A stretch of DNA of 64,000 bases from NCBI GenBank assembly GCA_965227515.1, contig CBDDFZ010000002.1:1120001-1184000 (forward strand), in the 5' to 3' direction. The notes beneath the pieces were generated by a model. The model was not told where the DNA came from. It did no database searches and saw only the letters and a list, made by a program, of their open reading frames with translations. Source of the stretch: Alphaproteobacteria bacterium. GTDB taxonomy: Bacteria; Pseudomonadota; Alphaproteobacteria; CALKHQ01. Every line of letters starts with the position of its first letter. Within the stretch, counting starts at the first letter, position 1. Positions 61,077-64,000 of this stretch are shown here, piece after piece. The translations under genes were made by a program, and so were the position numbers.

Positions 61077-62996
61077 ATGGCACTGAATATCGAAACCTTC
61101 AGCAACGTCACCGGCGGGGCAACGTTCTTCAAGGCGGCCGGCCACCCGAAGACTGCCGCCGCCATGACGGCGTGGCGGGAGGGTCTGACGCGCAGGCGGG
61201 TCGCGATATACGACCCGCTGGGGTTCCTGGCGCCCTTGGGTGAGTTCTACGAGCTCGGCGCGCTGGCGCCGGTCGCGGTCTATGGACAGGACCTGTCGTC
61301 GCTTGGCCGGACGGTGCTGGGCTGCCAGGTCCAACCGGTGACCGATCTGCCAAGTAGCGATGCGGAGGTCCTGCTGGTGGCCGCGTTCGACGCCGGCCGC
61401 CTGATCGATCACATCCGCCATCTGGTGCCGGAAGGCTGCGCTGTCGAGAGTCTGGACGCGGTGCGGCTGGACGACGACTTCCTGACCAATCCGCGCAACT
61501 ATCTCGACCGGTTGAACTTCGCCACCAACTTCGCCTTCTTCCGCGACGGCGGCGGCCACCACACCCGCATCGTCACCTGCAACTACTGGTCCGGCTATGG
61601 CGCCCGGGACACCAAGCTGTGGCTGTGCCTGTTCGATGGCGGCGGCGACGTGCTGGCCGAGTGGTGGCAGCCGATCCCCGGCAACGGGGCGGCGGTGGTG
61701 GTCGACAGCGCCGATGTGCGCCAGCGCTTCGGCCTGGGCGCGTTCGCTGGCCAGCTCTTCGTCCACGTGGTCAACGGCGCCGGCCACGACGTGGTCAAGT
61801 ACGCGCTCGACACCTATGGCGATGACGACGCAACGATCTCATGCACCCACGACGCCAATGCCTGGCCGGCCGCGTTCTATGCCGGCCTGCCGGCGGCGCG
61901 CCCCGGCGAGCGAGTGCTGTTCTGGCTGCAGAACAGCCATCCGTGCCCGGTGCCGGCCGGCGCCGTTAGCTTCAACCGCATGGGCGGCGATGGTACCGCG
62001 GCCTATCCCGAAGCGGTGCCGGCATTCGCCAGCGTCGAGGTGGACGTCACCGAACTGCTGCCGGGCCTCGCCTGGCCGGAGCAGATCGAGATCGACGCCG
62101 GCAAGCACTTCGTGCGGCCGCGTTACGAAGTGGTGCGCGACGACGGCCGCCGCCGGATGGCGCACGTCAACGTGGAGCGGACCGACCTGAAGCCGGACCC
62201 GGGGCTGCGTGAAATCGGCAATCTGATGGGCAAGGGCTTCGTGCTGCCAGCGCCGATCCTGCCTATGGCGCGGTTCCGCAGCTTCGCCCTGCCGACGCCG
62301 ATGTCGACCACCCAGGACACCCTGCCGCTGGCCGCCATCGTTTACGACCCGGATGGCAGGGAAGTGCACCGCGAGCGCTTCGGCGTGCTGCCGCGCAACC
62401 ACGCCACGCTGTTCGACAGCGATGCGGCGCTGAACGGGTCGCTCAATGGCGGCTATGGCCATGTCGAGCTGGTTTACGACTTCGCTGATGGGGGCCCGGG
62501 GGGTGGCGAAGGCGATGGTTGGCTGCACGGTCTGTTCCGCTACGAGGATCGCGAGACCGGTCATGGTGCGGACACCAGCTTCGGCGCCCACATCTTCAAC
62601 ACCGTGCTGACCTACAAGAACGAGCCGCAGTCCTATGCCGGGCGCGCGCCGGGCCTGTCGACCCGCCTGTTCCTGCGCCTGGCGCCGGACCCGCACGATA
62701 CGGTCTGCCACCTGATCTATGCCGCGTCGCAGCCTTGGCACGCGACGTCGAAGACCACGCTGCAATTGCACGATGCGGCGGGCAGGGAGGTGGCCGCGCG
62801 CGACATGGCGATTCCGTGCAGCGGGTCGCGCCACTGGCGCTATCACGAGACTTTCAATGCCGACGAGCGTGCAGCGGCGAATGCGGCCGGCGATGGCGCG
62901 TATGTCGTCATCCGGGACCTGACCTGCCGCCTGTTCGGCTATCACGGCACCATCGCCGCCAACGCCTTCAGCCTGGATCACATGTTCGGGTTTTAG
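61077..62996 (+). CDS. Hypothetical protein (639 aa)
   Basis: Long ORF with host-like codon usage, co-oriented with the two upstream genes; no function recognised. Confidence 0.8.
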   Translation: MALNIETFSNVTGGATFFKAAGHPKTAAAMTAWREGLTRRRVAIYDPLGFLAPLGEFYELGALAPVAVYGQDLSSLGRTVLGCQVQPVTDLPSSDAEVLLVAAFDAGRLIDHIRHLVPEGCAVESLDAVRLDDDFLTNPRNYLDRLNFATNFAFFRDGGGHHTRIVTCNYWSGYGARDTKLWLCLFDGGGDVLAEWWQPIPGNGAAVVVDSADVRQRFGLGAFAGQLFVHVVNGAGHDVVKYALDTYGDDDATISCTHDANAWPAAFYAGLPAARPGERVLFWLQNSHPCPVPAGAVSFNRMGGDGTAAYPEAVPAFASVEVDVTELLPGLAWPEQIEIDAGKHFVRPRYEVVRDDGRRRMAHVNVERTDLKPDPGLREIGNLMGKGFVLPAPILPMARFRSFALPTPMSTTQDTLPLAAIVYDPDGREVHRERFGVLPRNHATLFDSDAALNGSLNGGYGHVELVYDFADGGPGGGEGDGWLHGLFRYEDRETGHGADTSFGAHIFNTVLTYKNEPQSYAGRAPGLSTRLFLRLAPDPHDTVCHLIYAASQPWHATSKTTLQLHDAAGREVAARDMAIPCSGSRHWRYHETFNADERAAANAAGDGAYVVIRDLTCRLFGYHGTIAANAFSLDHMFGF

Positions 62997-64000
<1,004 letters not shown>

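Overview
GC-rich bacterial DNA whose gene content (rplU-rpmA-obgE-proB, glcB, ELM1-family gene, nasST) points to an alphaproteobacterium; this taxonomy is inferred. The left ~34 kb is accessory and ends at the 3' end of tRNA-Ser(CGA). It holds (i) a nitrate assimilation cluster (nasT-nasS, ABC transporter, nirB-nirD-nasA-cysG) with a sigma54 promoter and an ANTAR antitermination leader; (ii) a cyanuric acid/triuret/biuret/allophanate nitrogen-scavenging cluster with an added formamidase and cupin; (iii) an arsenite oxidase locus aioXSRBA plus a nitroreductase; and (iv) two decayed genes. The right ~30 kb is mostly housekeeping, with several families of palindromic REP-like repeats. Its less-explained modules are an XRE regulator-desaturase-leaderless PhnD-fold unit, a stand-alone class II aaRS catalytic-domain paralogue behind NrdR-like boxes and two terminators, a structured leader on a glyoxalase-like gene, a Cys-repeat protease, and an IS110 element with a structured 5' non-coding end. 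All calls come from reading motifs by eye; no searches or folding programs were run. Several start codons were moved from the ORF track using RBS and family N-termini.
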